From assembly GCA_964016885.1 (NCBI GenBank), contig OZ024743.1, positions 8,122,001 to 8,186,000 of the forward strand: a DNA stretch of 64,000 nucleotides. The letters run 5' to 3'. The translations under genes were made by a program, and so were the position numbers. Numbering within the stretch: position 1 is the stretch's first letter; every line of letters starts with the position of its first letter. This document shows positions 62,560 to 64,000 of the stretch, one piece after another. Origin of the DNA: Eledone cirrhosa (taxonomy: Eukaryota). Below the pieces are notes generated by a model that saw nothing but the letters and a program-made list of their open reading frames with translations, had not been told where the DNA came from and did not search any database.

Positions 62560-63584
62560 CACACAGAAACATTAATACACACAAACACAAACAATATATA
62601 TATATATACATAAAACATCGACGCAACTTTGATGAAATATAGCATATCACACAGAGGGTTTATTTCGTTTCGGGCTTTAATTTCAACCCACATAGGTAAT
62701 CTACTGCAAATTTTAAAACTGACCTTCAGAACTCTTTATAACTGTCACGCTGTTTCACGCCGGTTGAACTATTGTTCACCACGCTGTTTGCCAATATGTC
62801 ATTCCTGCTGACTCCTCCCTTCTCTCTAGTATCCTTGTTTTCTTTGATCTATTAATTGATTCAGCTAATTAAAGATTATGCTGTCAGACTTAACTGACTT
62901 CCCTGAGCCGTTCATGTGATTTAGGTTTATTAGGAAAAATAGCTCGATCCACAGTTAATTATATATTCGGTTACAGCTCCCTTTCAAAGTAAGTTCCTGA
63001 TTTAATACTTTTCGGGTAATATGCAGTAATCGTGTATATTAAGCCAAGCAACAATGCAGAAGAGCTAGGGGGAGGTTGAGAACATTGTGAGACTGGGACT
63101 GAAAGACGCTGCTAAAATTCGGTTGACACAAAGTATTTTACTGCTTTCAGTTTAAGATTTCAAAACTAACGTGTAAAACTGTTCAAATTGATATACAAAA
63201 AATACTGCATTACTACTCTCCTGTGCTTTATCTCATTTAATTTATGTATATGAACCCATATACACCAAACACACACGCATGCACATATATAAACACACTC
63301 ACACATATTTATTTATGTAGGTGTGTATGTAGGTGTGTATGTATATAGATTTATTCATATACTTACAACATGGTCATAATTGTTCAGCAAAGCGTCTGTT
63401 CACTGTAATTCTTAAATGAAACACGGTTTGTTAAAACATTTAAAACATGTAAGAATATGAATAAATTCATACTATTTTAACAGTCAGCTCTTCTTTCTTG
63501 CGAGCCAATACGATCGGAGCCCCCCACACACACACACATGCCCACATACACGCATATATACATGTCATATATGCAGCTGAACTG

Positions 63585-63639
<55 letters not shown>

Positions 63640-63683
63640 AAGTTAAATAAAAGTCAAATGATTAAAATTTAGCTTCGTTTATT

Positions 63684-63738
63684 ACTGCTATATATATTTC
63701 AGTGACAGCCATCTTTGGCTGTGACCTCTTCAGGCAGT
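63684..63738 (-). ncRNA. Type I hammerhead ribozyme (core and stems intact)
   Basis: ACTGC-CTGAAGA-GGTcACAGCCA aaga TGGCTGTcACT-GAA-ATATATAT-A-GCAGT, immediately followed by AATAAA and a ~45-nt tail into (TA)n. Confidence 0.85.
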
Positions 63739-64000
63739 TTGAATTAGTATGGTATAGACAAGTACATATGTTGTTTAGGTGTATAATATTGTCAATACTC
63801 TGATATGCCCAGTTCCTTGTTGGGTTGTTATTTCACTGAGGAACTGGAGTCATATATACATATATATATACATATACATATATATATACATATACATATA
63901 TAATATATCCAGCGCCTTCTTACACCTGTTTGAGGAACCCCTCCCTGGTTGACTTCTACCGCTTCCTATTGTTGACCATATTGGGCAATGAGAGCCGAAG

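Overview
AT-rich, microsatellite-dense metazoan non-coding DNA. The repeat content (tRNA-head SINEs, TTAA MITE, R4/Dong, RTE and CR1 LINEs) looks cephalopod/octopus-like; this is an inference. I found no convincing host protein-coding exon, and most short ORFs in the track are translated (TA)n/(CA)n/(GA)n repeats. The real coding sequences are all transposon-derived: a near-intact ~6.0-kb Tx1/L1-clade LINE (15595-21609, intact 1139-aa ORF2) inside an (ATT)n tract; a full-length but mutated RTE-like LINE (~49321-52618) inside (TA)/(TATG)n; two different Penelope-like (PLE) GIY-YIG fragments; and decayed R4/Dong, CRE, CR1, Tx1, mariner, MULE and hAT remnants, MITEs and a Helitron. The most striking hidden layer is about ten type I hammerhead-ribozyme motifs. 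They lie in short elements, often fold-back (inverted arms plus a one-sided tail), that are embedded in (TA)n microsatellites. Some cores look intact and one has the compensatory U3-A8 core. Two of these elements carry PLE endonuclease ORFs, and one of those shares its terminus with a non-coding fold-back family. Also notable: the abundant SINE shares its 3' end pattern with the Tx1 LINE, and a 53-nt GT..AG segment could fuse Tx1 ORF1 to ORF2 in frame. All structures were read by eye, so coordinates of degenerate elements are approximate.
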